64,000 nucleotides of DNA from Mayamaea pseudoterrestris (GCA_027923505.1 BROI01000011.1:868001-932000), one strand, 5' to 3'; shown: positions 36,449 through 48,265, numbered from the stretch's first letter. Notes: generated by a model not told the origin, from the sequence alone. Numbers and translations are program-made.

Positions 36449-36705
36449 ATAGTAACTAATACTTTATATTACTAGTGTCAGAGCCTAGGAGGGGAGGAAC
36501 CACTGTCGGGGATTGGTATCACAGTGACAACCCCTGCTCTCTGGAGGCCAGTTTCAAATGAATGTAGCGATAGCTAAAAAGGGTGCACTGCTGGCACATT
36601 CAACCTTGTGTTTGGTGCAACAAAATCATCCATAGCTGCTTCCAAGCAGCTATGTTATGGGAAGGCAGTTCAGACATCCACACAGGAACCAGCTCCATAG
36701 TGCTT

Positions 36706-36874
36706 ATGCCGTGACATTTAAACGCCCCTACAGCAAGCTCTGTAGGTGCCTAAAATACACCAGGAAGGTGCCAACATCATTATTCATGCTGCGCCACAAC
36801 ATGGTAGGCTTGACTGGTGTCTCAGGGGATGGCAATGTATTTGGTGACAACTTGTCACCAGTCTCAGTCCGCAG
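36706..36874 (-). mobile_element. Single inverted full-length 169-bp satellite monomer inserted in the second island
   Basis: Ungapped reverse complement of the 169-mer (about 11 substitutions by eye). An empty copy of the target is at ~37050-37075. Confidence 0.9.
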
Positions 36875-37399
36875 CAGTGCATGGCCTTCCAAACCTACCC
36901 ACAGTTGTAGTCTTGCCCCATTAATTCCATTCGGCTATGCTTGGGGACATGCTTGTGGTGAGACTGGTGCATATAAATCATCCAGAGCTGATTCTTAGCA
37001 GCTATGGTATGGGAGGGCAATCCAGACATCCACACAGGTACCAGCTCCATGGTGCTACAGTGCATGGCCTTCCAAACCTACCCACCATGGCATATGTGGA
37101 GGTGGATACGCAGTGCAACTGACCATCTTATGGCCCATCATGACAACACACATGATGCAAAAGATATTGCAGGGCTCAGCAGGCAATGCAGATGATCCCT
37201 GCTGCCAAAAAGGGAGCAGTGCTGGCACATTCAACCATTTCTTATATGTGCGGAGTCTCAGGGCATAGTGATGGCTTCCCACTTAAGACGGCGAAAAGTC
37301 CACCCAGGTGCACCGCAACAAAATTGTAGACCTTGTCTCACCTCATATGTAACAACTTATGGACAGACTTCAATAGTAATGGCTTTTACACGACAGGAT

Positions 37400-40300
37400 A
37401 AATGTTCAAGTCCATGTTAGTTGTATTATGGGGTCTGGAGGCCATTTCGGAAGTCTCACTTGCCACTTGAGGTGCACCACTGGCAGATCCAACAAGTTGT
37501 TAGATCTGCTCAGTCTCACCATGGCATATGTGGTGGTGGATACTGCAGTGCAACTGACCAACTTATGGCCCATCATGATAACAAACATATATTAAAGATA
37601 TTGGAGGGCTCAGCAGGCTATGCTGATGATCCCTGCAGCCAAAAAGGGAGCAGGGCTGGCACATTCAACCAGTTGTTGAATGTGCAAAGTTTCAGGGCAA
37701 AGTAATGGCGTTTACACCCAAATTGACAAGTCTATGTGTTGCAATGACTGTTAAGGTCCATGTTTGTTGTATTATGGGGTCTGGAGGTCATTTTGGAAGT
37801 CTCACTTGCCACTTGAGGTGCATTGCTAGCAGATCCAACAAGTTGTAGGATCTGCTCAGTGTCTCACCATGGCATATGTGGAGGTGGATACTGCAGTGCA
37901 AATGACCAACTTATGGCCCATCATGACAACACACATGATGCAAAAGATATTGGAGGGCTCAGCAGGCAATGCTGATGATCCCTGCAGCCAAAAAGGGAGC
38001 AGGGCTGGCACATTCAACCAGTTGTTGAATGTGCGGAGTTTCAGGGCATAGTGATGGCTTTCACACCCAAACAGACACGTCTATGATTCCCAATTACTGT
38101 TAAGGTCCATGTTTGTTGTATTATGGGGTCTGGAGGCCATTTTGAAAGTCTCACTTGCCACTTGAGGTGCACCACTGGCAGATCCAACAAGTTGTAGGAT
38201 CTGCTCAGTGTCTCACCATGGCATATGTGGCGGTGGATACTGCAGTGCAAATGACCAACTTATGGCCCATCATGACAACAAACATGATGCAAAAGATATT
38301 GGAGGGCTCAGCAGGCAACGCTGACGATCCCTGCAGCCCATCATGATATGATACATATATTAAAGATATTGGAGGGCTCAGCAGGCTATGCTGATGATCC
38401 CTGCAGCCAAAAAGGGAGCAGGGCTGGCACATTCAACCAGTTGTTGAATGTGCAAAGTTTCAGGGCAAAGTAATGGCGTTTACACCCAAATTGACAAGTC
38501 TATGTGTTGCAATGACTGTTAAGGTCCATGTTTGTTGTATTATGGGGTCTGGAGGTCATTTTGGAAGTCTCACTTGCCACTTGAGGTGCATTGCTAGCAG
38601 ATCCAACAAGTTGTAGGATCTGCTCAGTGTCTCACCATGGCATATGTGGAGGTGGATACTGCAGTGCAAATGACCAACTTATGGCCCATCATGACAACAC
38701 ACATGATGCAAAAGATATTGGAGGGCTCAGCAGGCAATGCTGATGATCCCTGCAGCCAAAAAGGGAGCAGGGCTGGCACATTCAACCAGTTGTTGAATGT
38801 GCGGAGTTTCAGGGCATAGTGATGGCTTTCACACCCAAACAGACACGTCTATGATTCCCAATTACTGTTAAGGTCCATGTTTGTTGTATTATGGGGTCTG
38901 GAGGCCATTTTGAAAGTCTCACTTGCCACTTGAGGTGCACCACTGGCAGATCCAACAAGTTGTAGGATCTGCTCAGTGTCTCACCATGGCATATGTGGCG
39001 GTGGATACTGCAGTGCAAATGACCAACTTATGGCCCATCATGACAACAAACATGATGCAAAAGATATTGGAGGGCTCAGCAGGCAATGCTGATGATCCCT
39101 GCAGCCAAAAAGGGAGCAGGGCTGGCACATTCAACCAGTTGTTGAATGTGCGGAGTTTCAGGGCATAGTGATGGCTTCCACACCCAAACAGACAAGTCTA
39201 TGAGTCCCAATTACTGTTAAGGTCCATGTTTGATGTATTATGGGGTCTGGAGGCCATTTTGGAAGTCTCACTTGCCACTTGAGGTGCACCACTGGCAGAT
39301 CCAACAAGTTGTAGGATCTGCTCAGTGTCTCACCACGGCATATGTGGAGGTGGATACTGCAGTGCAAATGACCAACTTATGGCCCATCATGACAACACAC
39401 ATGATGCAAAAGATATTGGAGGGCTCAGCAGGCAATGCTGATGATCCCTGCAGCAAAAAAGGGAGCAGGGCTGGCACATTCAACCAGTTGTTGAATGTGC
39501 GGAGTTTCAGGGCATAGTGATGGCTTCCACACCCAAACAGACACGTCTATGATTCCCATTCAATGTTTAAGTCAATGTTGGTTGATTATGGGGTCTGGAG
39601 GCCATTTTGGAAGTCTCACTTGCCACTTGAGGTGCATTGCTAGCAGATCCAACAAGTTGTTGGATCTGCTCAGTCTCACCATGGCATATGTGGCGGTGGA
39701 TACTGCAGTGCAAATGACCAACTTATGGCCCATCATGACAACAAACATGATGCAAAAGATATTGGAGGGCTCAGCAGGCAATGCTGATGATCCCTGCAGC
39801 CAAAAAGGGAGCAGGGCTGGCACATTCAACCAGTTGTTGAATGTGCAGAGTTTCAGGGCATAGTGATGGCTTCCACAGCCAAACAGACAAGTCTATGAGT
39901 CCCAATTTTTGTTAAGGTCTATGTTGGTTGTATTATGGGGTCTAAAGGCTATTTTGGAAGTCTCACTTGCCACTTGAGGTGCACCACTGGCAGATCCAAC
40001 AAGTTGTTGGATCTGCTCAGTCTCACCATGGCATATGTGGTGGTGGATACTGCAGTGCAAATGACCAACTTATGGCCCATCATGATAACAAACATGATGC
40101 AAAAAATATTGGAGGGCTCAGCAAGCTATGCTGATGATCCCTGCAGCCAAAAAGGGAGCAGGGCTGGCACATTCAACCAGTTGTTGAATGTGCGGAGTGT
40201 CAGGGCAAAGTAATGGCTTTTACACCCAAATGGACAAGTCTATGAGTTCAAATAAATGATCAAGTCCATGTTGGTTGATTATGGGGTCTGGAAGCCATTT

Positions 40301-41290
40301 TGGAAGTCTCACTTGCCACTTGAGGTGCACCACTGGCAGATCCAACAAGTTGTAGGATCTGCTCAGTGTCTCACCATGGCATATGTGGAGGTGGATACTG
40401 CAGTGCAAATGACCAACTTATGGCCCATCATGACAACACACATGATGCAAAAGATATTGGAGGGCTCAGCAGGCAATGCTGATGATCCCTGCAGCAAAAA
40501 AGGGAGCAGGGCTGGCACATTCAACCAGTTGTTGAATGTGCGGAGTTTCAGGGCATAGTGATGGCTTCCACACCCAAACAGACACGTCTATGAGTCCCAA
40601 TTACTGTTAAGGTCCATGTTTGTTGTATTATGGGGTCTGGAGGCCATTTTGGAAGTCTCACTTGCCACTTGAGGTGCACCACTGGCAGATCCAACAAGTT
40701 GTTGGATCTGCTCAGTGTCTCACCATGGCATATGTGGCGGTGGATACTGCAGTGCAAATGACCAACTTATGGCCCATCATGACAACAAACATGATGCAAA
40801 AGATATTGGAGGGCTCAGCAGGCAATGCTGATGATCCCTGCAGCCAAAAAGGGAGCAGGGCTGGCACATTCAACCAGTTGTTGAATGTGCGGAGTTTCAG
40901 GGCATAGTGATGGCTTCCACACCCAAACAGACACGTCTATGAGTCCCAATTACTGTTAAGGTCCATGTTGCTTGTATTATGGGGTCTGGAGGCCATTTTG
41001 GAAGTCTCACTTGCCACTTGAGGTGCACCACTGGCAGATCCAACAAGTTGTAGGATCTGCTCAGTGTCTCACCATGGCATATGTTGTGGTGGATACTGCA
41101 GTGCAAATGACCAACTTATGGCCCATCATGACAACACACATGATGCAAAAGATATTGGAGGGCTCAGCAGGCAATGCTGATGATCCCTGCAGCCAAAAAG
41201 GGAGCAGGGCTGGCACATTCAACCAGTTGTTGAATGTGTGGAGTCTCATGGCATGATGATGGGTCCCACACCCTCATTGACAAGACTATG
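37400..41290. repeat. 349-bp tandem satellite array, ~11 copies, with degenerate copies from ~36580 to ~41800
   Basis: Unit (…TATTATGGGGTCTGGAGGCCATTTTGGAAGTCTCACTTGCCACTTGAGGTGCACCACTGGCAGATCCAACAAGTTG…) recurs at ~345-350 bp and contains two 27-bp dyads. Confidence 0.98.
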
Positions 41291-42456
41291 AATTTAAATC
41301 AACTTTAACCTGATTGGTGTTTGTATTCTATGGTCTGGGGACCATTTGGGCAGTTGGATTGGCCACTGATGTGCACTGCCAGCAGATCCAAGAAGTTGTT
41401 GGATGCGCCAAGTCTCACTGACCATGGTGCACATGATGATGTAAACTGACTGTGAGGTGCAACCAATGACATCATTGGCCCCAACATGTCGACAAACATG
41501 AATGGCTTGGATTTGGAGGCTCAGCAGGCAATGCTGATAATCCCAGTAGCCATGAGCGGTGCACTGCTGGCACATTCAACCTTTTGTTGAATGTGCGGAG
41601 CCTCATGGCATGATAATGGGTCCCATACCCTCATTGACAAGACTATGAGTCTTATTCAACCATAAACTGAATACTCCTTCCAACTCTATCATTGGCTGAA
41701 TCATGTCAACGAACTCGAATTGAAAGGAATTGATGGGCTCAGCAGGCAACACTGATGATCTCTGTAGCCAAGAAGGGTGCACTGCTGGCACTTTCAGCCA
41801 AGGTCCCTTTGGAATATGTCCCATCCCATATTGGATCTTAATCTATGATTAGTGCTTCAATTGGCAATTATCTTGAACTGGAGGCATGAGGCAAGCAGGA
41901 GGCAAGTGTGCGTCAAATTGATGGAGGCGGCGGTCATAGTGCCTTTAGAGCAATGTTAGCTTACTAATACACATAACGTGCATGGGACCCTTATGGCTTG
42001 TGTTGGGCTGTCCTGCACTTGCCATCTAACTGGTAGCAGGAGGAAAGCAAAGCTGATGCACAAAATATTTACGTTTGAGAGGTAAGATATGCATAACATC
42101 CGGTACATGTTCATGCTGAATGCTTTTAAACCAGCTGGCAAACATTGGGATGCCAACTCATTTTGCAATTATTATATTGCACATGATCAACAAGGACAAT
42201 ACGCACCTATTCAATTTATTTGGAGTTAGCTTGGGCTTCTTATCAATCAACTGATGTTTTGGTTCAACGTTATATTGCTGGCATTGACTTGGGCAAGATG
42301 TAGTACCACTGTTTACAACTGTGACAAGGCAATGACTATGAGCCAATTCGCGTGATATGCCTACAAGATGGATGCAACTAAAGGGTAAAATGGGCACAAT
42401 GCTGTAGCTAGTACCATACTTATCAACCCGCTCGCCAAAAGCATGTAACTAAACTA

Positions 42457-43590
42457 TCACAGCAGGAGGAGCGTAAAGGCAAATGCAGCAAATGCAGTAA
42501 ACCTCATTGCTTCGATACTTAGACTAGACGAAACATCCTCACCGACTGATCTTCTATCAGCGCTAGGAGCCGCCGACGGTGCTCCGGTAGCTTCGACTTC
42601 GCTTATTATTCGACTGGAAAAGGGGCACCACTGCGAATCGGGCAAGAATGACGCAGTACCAACTTGCGCCAGGTTAGCCTCAACCTCGTCAATACCGGCG
42701 TCACATGTTTCTGGAAAGTATGCCGAGAAGTAGACAGACGAAGGAGCCAAGTAGAAGGACCAGTTGGGATTCCAATCAATCGATTCCTTGACAATGGTGC
42801 CTCCCACCACGAGAAAATTGTCCACGGCCGTGAGCTCTTCACGCGCCGTCTGAATGTTTGCTAGGTCCGTAATGCGAACGATAAAGTGTTGACTCGTATC
42901 CGAAATGTCATCGCGGTTTGCCGAGGCGACAAAGTCGACAAACGTCAAGGGCGCCACCGTGGGGCCGAACGGAGTGGGCATTGGTGAAACTAGCGTCGGC
43001 GCCTGCGACGGAACATCTGACGGTGCATCCGAGAGTGATTCTGAGAGCTCCTCCAACACTCGCGTGCTCCAAGGACACCAAAAATTGTTTGGCAAAAAGT
43101 CAGTCCCAACTGTGGCAAGGTTATCTTGCACGTACTCGACGTTGGCGTCGCATACTTCAATGAACATTTCACCAAAAGTTACAGTGTCTGGATCCAGATA
43201 AAATGACCATTGGGGATAGTTCCATGGTGCTGACTCTTTGACGATTGTACCCGCAATAATTTGAAAGCCTTCCGTTTTGGCAAGCTCTCCTCGAGCAATC
43301 GCAATGGCATCAGGATTAGTGATTCGAGCGATAAAATGTTGGTCCGTATTTGAAATGTTTTGCGAATCAGTCGTTACCAAAAAGTCGACGAAAGCTTCAT
43401 TACTTCCAGTTGCATTAGATGGAGTTGCGTTGACTGGTAGAAAGGCCACTGATGGAGCCATTGATGTGATGGATATCGCCGGAGTAGGAGTCGCGCTTGT
43501 CTGTGTGACGGTAGGTGCTGGAGGGGACGATGATTGCGCAGCTGCGCAACCAGCGAGCAAAAGTGGTAGAAGCCTCCTTACAGTCATCAT
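42457..43590 (-). CDS. Surface protein with two tandem BP74-N / CaM-BP15-like domains
   Basis: Signal peptide; two copies of FIxRIT…I..AR.EL…GTIVKE…WN..WSFYL.P…E.CDA…FLP…WCP.S.R; hydrophobic C-terminus. The family name is recalled, not searched. Confidence 0.8.
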   Translation of the reverse strand: MMTVRRLLPLLLAGCAAAQSSSPPAPTVTQTSATPTPAISITSMAPSVAFLPVNATPSNATGSNEAFVDFLVTTDSQNISNTDQHFIARITNPDAIAIARGELAKTEGFQIIAGTIVKESAPWNYPQWSFYLDPDTVTFGEMFIEVCDANVEYVQDNLATVGTDFLPNNFWCPWSTRVLEELSESLSDAPSDVPSQAPTLVSPMPTPFGPTVAPLTFVDFVASANRDDISDTSQHFIVRITDLANIQTAREELTAVDNFLVVGGTIVKESIDWNPNWSFYLAPSSVYFSAYFPETCDAGIDEVEANLAQVGTASFLPDSQWCPFSSRIISEVEATGAPSAAPSADRRSVGEDVSSSLSIEAMRFTAFAAFAFTLLLL

Positions 43591-43945
43591 GGAGAATGAA
43601 CAATTCACAAAAGCTCTCTACCAAGTAGGCGCCTGGCCAGGCTGTGCTTCCGATATCAATTCAATTTGTGGTTTTGATTTTGTCGGTCACTCGCGAAAAC
43701 GGACCTTGACTGTTTAAACCGGTGCGACGGTCAAAAGCAGTCATCAATCGTGCACGAAACTTTGGGACCATGCTTGCCGATACCGAAGTAGCGGGAGTTG
43801 TGTGCAAGAAATGTAATTAGCTAGTGCAACAAACAGCCATTTCAGCTACTATGTACTCTTATAAAAAGGAGACTGTAAAGTTAATGCCTCCAGATCTTCA
43901 GTGTTTCATTTGTTGTACATTCAATTGGTGCAAAATGCTTTAGTG

Positions 43946-45184
43946 TCATAGAAGAGCAAGCACAAGAAGTAGCAAGTTTGAATGCACCATTGCCAGGCCC
44001 GTCCACATAACTTTGATGTGATCTGCCGACGAAGAGGATGACTCGTCTTCGTCCGACCCGCCGGAGCCATCACTGGTTGGTCCAGTCGCCGGAGAATCAT
44101 TTGGCGACGAGGCGCCACCACCATTGCTGTCGCTAGTACCGCCGCCAGAAGAGTCTGTAGGAGTGTTTCCGCCCCCAGACGAAGAGTCGGTGGGAATGTC
44201 GCCACCGGAAGACGTTTCAAGTTCGCGCAGTATCCTACTGGTGGATGGACACCACTGCAGGTTTGGCAAATATGTTTCGCCGGCGTTTGTTAGATCCAAT
44301 TGAATGAACTTGACCGAAACGTCGCATGTTTCCGAGTATATTGCAGTGAGGCTGACAGTGCTTGGTCGAATGTAAAAGGTCCAATTTGGGTTCCATGAAG
44401 CCGCTTCCTTGTTGATGGTGCCCGTTACAACCAAAAAGTCAGAATCCTTGTCGACCTCATTGCGAGCAGCTTCAATCGTGGATGGATCAGTGATGCGGAC
44501 AATGTAATGTTGACTCGTATCCGAAGGGTTACTTCGATCTGATGTGGCAACAAAGTCAGCCATGGTCGCTGGTGTGACAGTAGGTGATGGAGTCGCTGGC
44601 TCAGTGCCACCGCCGTCGATTCCAGTTCCACCACCCGCAGCAGATGGAGCGATAGTGACTACTGGCGCCTCTGTTGGAGGTATTGTTGGAATAATCAAAG
44701 TGGGAGATGCAGTCGGCGACGGTGTTGGTTTGGGTGAACTCGTTAAAGGGAAAGCTTCGAACGAACAAGTAGCTCCGTCAATGTTAAGCGTGTCAGTGTA
44801 GCCGATCTATAAATCGAGATAGGTTCGTGTCAGTATTGAATCATAAACGAGTGTTTCCTCTCAGTTGCTGTTGCTTACCTCTGTTTGAAAGGAGACTACC
44901 AATGCCGTGGCAAGTATTGTATACGATCCTGCTGCAGCATACGCATGACTATACGGTACAATTTCACCGTCTTGCACTGTTCGATTCTCCGTCGATATGG
45001 CCGTCGCATCACCCCAATCAATGGTAAATGCATAGTCCGAGTCGCCAAAGTTCTTAATGTATGTCAAGGTAACATTTAGCCCCACGCATGTCGGTGGTGA
45101 CTCTGCATTCCAGGCGCCCATGATTTCCTGCGCTGATGCGCAAGTAGCGAGTATAGCGGCTAATAGAAGTCTATAGAGAATCAT
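43946..45184 (-). CDS. Paralogous surface protein with a PKD-like domain and one BP74-like domain (intron 44807-44878)
   Basis: Signal peptide; FTIDWGD…HAYAAAGSYTI (PKD-like); the same WNPNWTFY…ETCD…WCP domain as its neighbour; Ser/Gly stalk and hydrophobic tail. Confidence 0.8.
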
Positions 45185-45472
45185 TTGCTTCAATCGGGTG
45201 TAATTAGAGAAGATAAGCCTGCCATTCAAGCTATGATGGTTGACTGCGAAAAGGTCATGGCATGGTCATGCATTTTTGATCTTGCTCGTTTTGTATCGCA
45301 GTGTTACTTACGAGTACCGCTACGACTAACAAAATCTTTGTGTCACGCTGGATCCATCGAAGCGCGACGAATACAATCATGCCATTATAGCTTTGCCTCA
45401 TCAGTCAGGATCTGATCCGAAACTCAAGTCTTTTACTTCGCTACATCTTTCTCCAAGCTTTTGCTAGATATA

Positions 45473-47518
45473 ATGGGCGAAGCAACGGTTACGACGCAAT
45501 ATCGGTGAGTTTGACGAGCGTGTGCTTGGCAAATGTGCAAATGTGAGATCCGTTTTCTCGGTTTGCATACATTTCAATGTTCCTCAACCTCTATCACTCT
45601 CTTCTACAGTATTGAACATGACCTCATCGGCGATGAAAAGGTTCCAATCTCTGCATACTATGGCATTCAGACGCAACGCGCAATGTTGAACTTTGACATT
45701 ACAGGTGTACCCATTGCGCACTTTCCAGAGCTCATTCGAGCCTTGGCAATGGTCAAAAAGGCCGCGGCGCTGGCCAACCATGATTTGGGGCAATTGAGCA
45801 AGGAGAAAATGGATGCTATTGTCTTTGCTTGCGATGATATCATTGAGAATGACGACCTACTTGATCGTACGTTGAACAATCGTTGTTGGCATTTATCATT
45901 TATCCGTTTATTTTCTCGTGTCTTACTCTCATCTTCGGCTTGCCTTTGTCATGCAGAGTTTCCTATTGATCTAATCCAAGGCGGCGCTGGGACGAGTTCC
46001 AATATGTGTGCGAACGAGGTAAGACAATTCTGCTTGCAAGTCTTGCTTTCTTGCTCGTCGGACAATGAGAGTTCGAACGTCGCTCATCCACACTTGTTCC
46101 ACAACAAACAGGTCATTGCCAATCGAGGTCTCGAGCACATGGGCTACAGGAAGGGAGATTACCAGCACTTGCATCCGAACAATGATGTCAACATGTCGCA
46201 GTCCACCAACGACGTTTACCCAACGGCAGCGCGACTGGCGATTGTATTTTCGGACGATCCACTGGTCGAGTCGGTCAAGCATCTCATGGCGGCATTTGAC
46301 GAGAAGGCGGAGGAGTTCAAGGATGTACTAAAACTGGGTCGAACGCAGCTGCAGGATGCCGTGCCCATGACGCTGGGACAAGAGTTCAAGGGTTGGAGCG
46401 TTACACTGGGCAAGGATCTTGACCGCATGGAGCAGCTCGCCGATCTATTTGCAACAGTCAATCTGGGTGGGACGGCTATTGGAACTGGAATTAACACTGA
46501 TCCAAAGTATGCTGGCATTGTCATGAATAAATTGGCGGAAGTTACTGGTCTGGATATTCATACTGCACCGGACATGATTGAGGCCAGCTCGGACATGGGT
46601 GATTTCTTAATATTTTCGGGAATGCTTCGACGTTTGGCCGTCAAGCTGTCCAAGATTGCAAATGACTTGCGCTTATTGTCGAGTGGACCGCGAGGCGGAA
46701 TCAATGACATCAATCTGCCAGCCGTGCAACCGGGGTCTTCAATGTATGTACTCATGCAGAAACCTGTGGCTCTTGCGATCCACTCGCTGCTGGTCTGTTT
46801 CTCACGATTTATCTTTGTTTTCACTGCATAGCATGCCGGGCAAGGTTAACCCTGTCATTCCGGAGGCTGGTACGTGCCGCTTGTGACAAATATGAATATG
46901 TGACCGTTGAACTTGCTAACGCGACGCATCTTGTTGCCTCCAGTGAATCAAACGGCGTTTCAGGTCATTGGAAACGATTTGGCCATTACCATGGCCGCGG
47001 AAGCAGGCCAGTTACAGCTCAACGCAATGGAGCCGCTGATTGTATACAACTTGCTTTCAAACTTGCGCATGTTGACCAACGCATGTAACATGTTGGCTGA
47101 TCGATGCGTGCGTGGGATTACGGCGAATGTCGAACGCTGCAATACCCTTGTCCGCGATAGCATTGGCATTGTGACCGCATTCTCGCCGTTCATCGGGTAC
47201 GAAAAGTCGACGGCGATTGCGAAGGAGGCCCTCCTGACTGGTCGAAACGTTTTGGATCTGATCAAGGAAGAGGGCTTGCTCAGTGATGAGAAGATTGAAG
47301 CCATTATGAAACCCGAAAACTTGACAGGGCCGAGCTCACTGTTCAACCAAAAGAAAATTCCGGAGATGAGCCGGGAACACACGCACATGCGAGTCTCCAG
47401 CATGGATGCGTCCTTTTTCAACATGACCTTGCTGCAAGGAGACGCTGCTCTTCCACGTCCTGTCCATCGACGATCCCAAACGTCGGGCGCTTTTTCAAAG
47501 CGAATTCCGCCGTCGTGA
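45473..47518 (+). CDS. aspA: Aspartate ammonia-lyase (aspartase), 6 exons
   Basis: YYGIQTQRA, QGGAGTSSNM, SQSTNDVYPTA, GRTQLQDAVP, spliced GSSIMPGKVNPVIPE and AEAGQLQLN. Introns at 45505-45609, 45867-45956, 46019-46111, 46744-46831 and 46870-46943. Confidence 0.92.
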
Positions 47519-47695
47519 GTGCCACGAATGGTCGCGTCCATTCAGCGCTGCTAACGTATGTCCTAAAAGACAATATAGGCTTTAGATATGGTTTATAGAC
47601 GAGTTATTAGTTAGCAAAGATCGCATGTACAAAGAACTGGCCCTTTCTCGCATCTCCCAGTTTTTGAGTTAGCTGAGTCAGAGTCTCAATGATCC

Positions 47696-48265
47696 TCAAA
47701 CACCCCCGCTCTCCCTTACGTCTTGTGTCGTCATCATGACGTCCGTTAGAGTAGCCATGACTTCACACCAGCTCTGCCTGACCCTTAATGTCATCACGTC
47801 GCTGCCCAGGATTTCTTCCATGGTGTCACACAGTGCAAGTCGCATCATTTGATACATGTGCGGCTCAACACCGTACTTTGCGTGCTCTGATCCGAGTTCC
47901 AAAAGCATGTCCGTCAACGCCTCCGTGTCTGGACCGATCATATCAAGCGCTTTATCAACCATCTGGATTGCTGTCACGCCTTGGCGAGCGTGCGTTTCCT
48001 CGTTGTCGATGACTGGAGTATTCTCAGACGTCCTGATGAGCAGTTTGGCTTCCGGGCAACGAATAAAGAAACTGGACTTGGAGACAATCATATATTTGGT
48101 TGAGAGTTGTGACTAAGAGTTATGCTCGTGCTTCTCGTTTCATTGAACAAGGACGTACTGTTGGTAAAGCTTGGTGCCGGCCTCGCTTTCGTGCATCTTC
48201 TTGGTTCGCAGCTTTTCCCACGACGCCATGACATTGGCTAGATCATCGTAGTTGATGTCACGCAT
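47696..48265 (-). CDS. Single-domain globin (intron 48072-48158)
   Basis: A-helix SWEKL, G..LY..FF..CPEAK, proximal LGSEHAKYGV and H-helix SW give a 3/3 globin pattern. Confidence 0.82.

Noticed and set aside
40815..40865. Canonical hammerhead in the 349-mer (CTGATGA followed by a TCCCT/AGGGA hairpin)
   Set aside because: The hairpin is followed by GCAG rather than GAAA, and no stem III partner or in-register stem I was found.
37406..41575. ORFs within the 349-bp array
   Set aside because: Repeat-derived, frame-shifting between units, with no recognisable protein motif.
36470..42412. Whole island as a Helitron or TIR transposon (CTAG near both ends)
   Set aside because: No convincing terminal inverted repeats, target-site duplication, subterminal GC hairpin or transposase was seen, and CTAG alone is uninformative.
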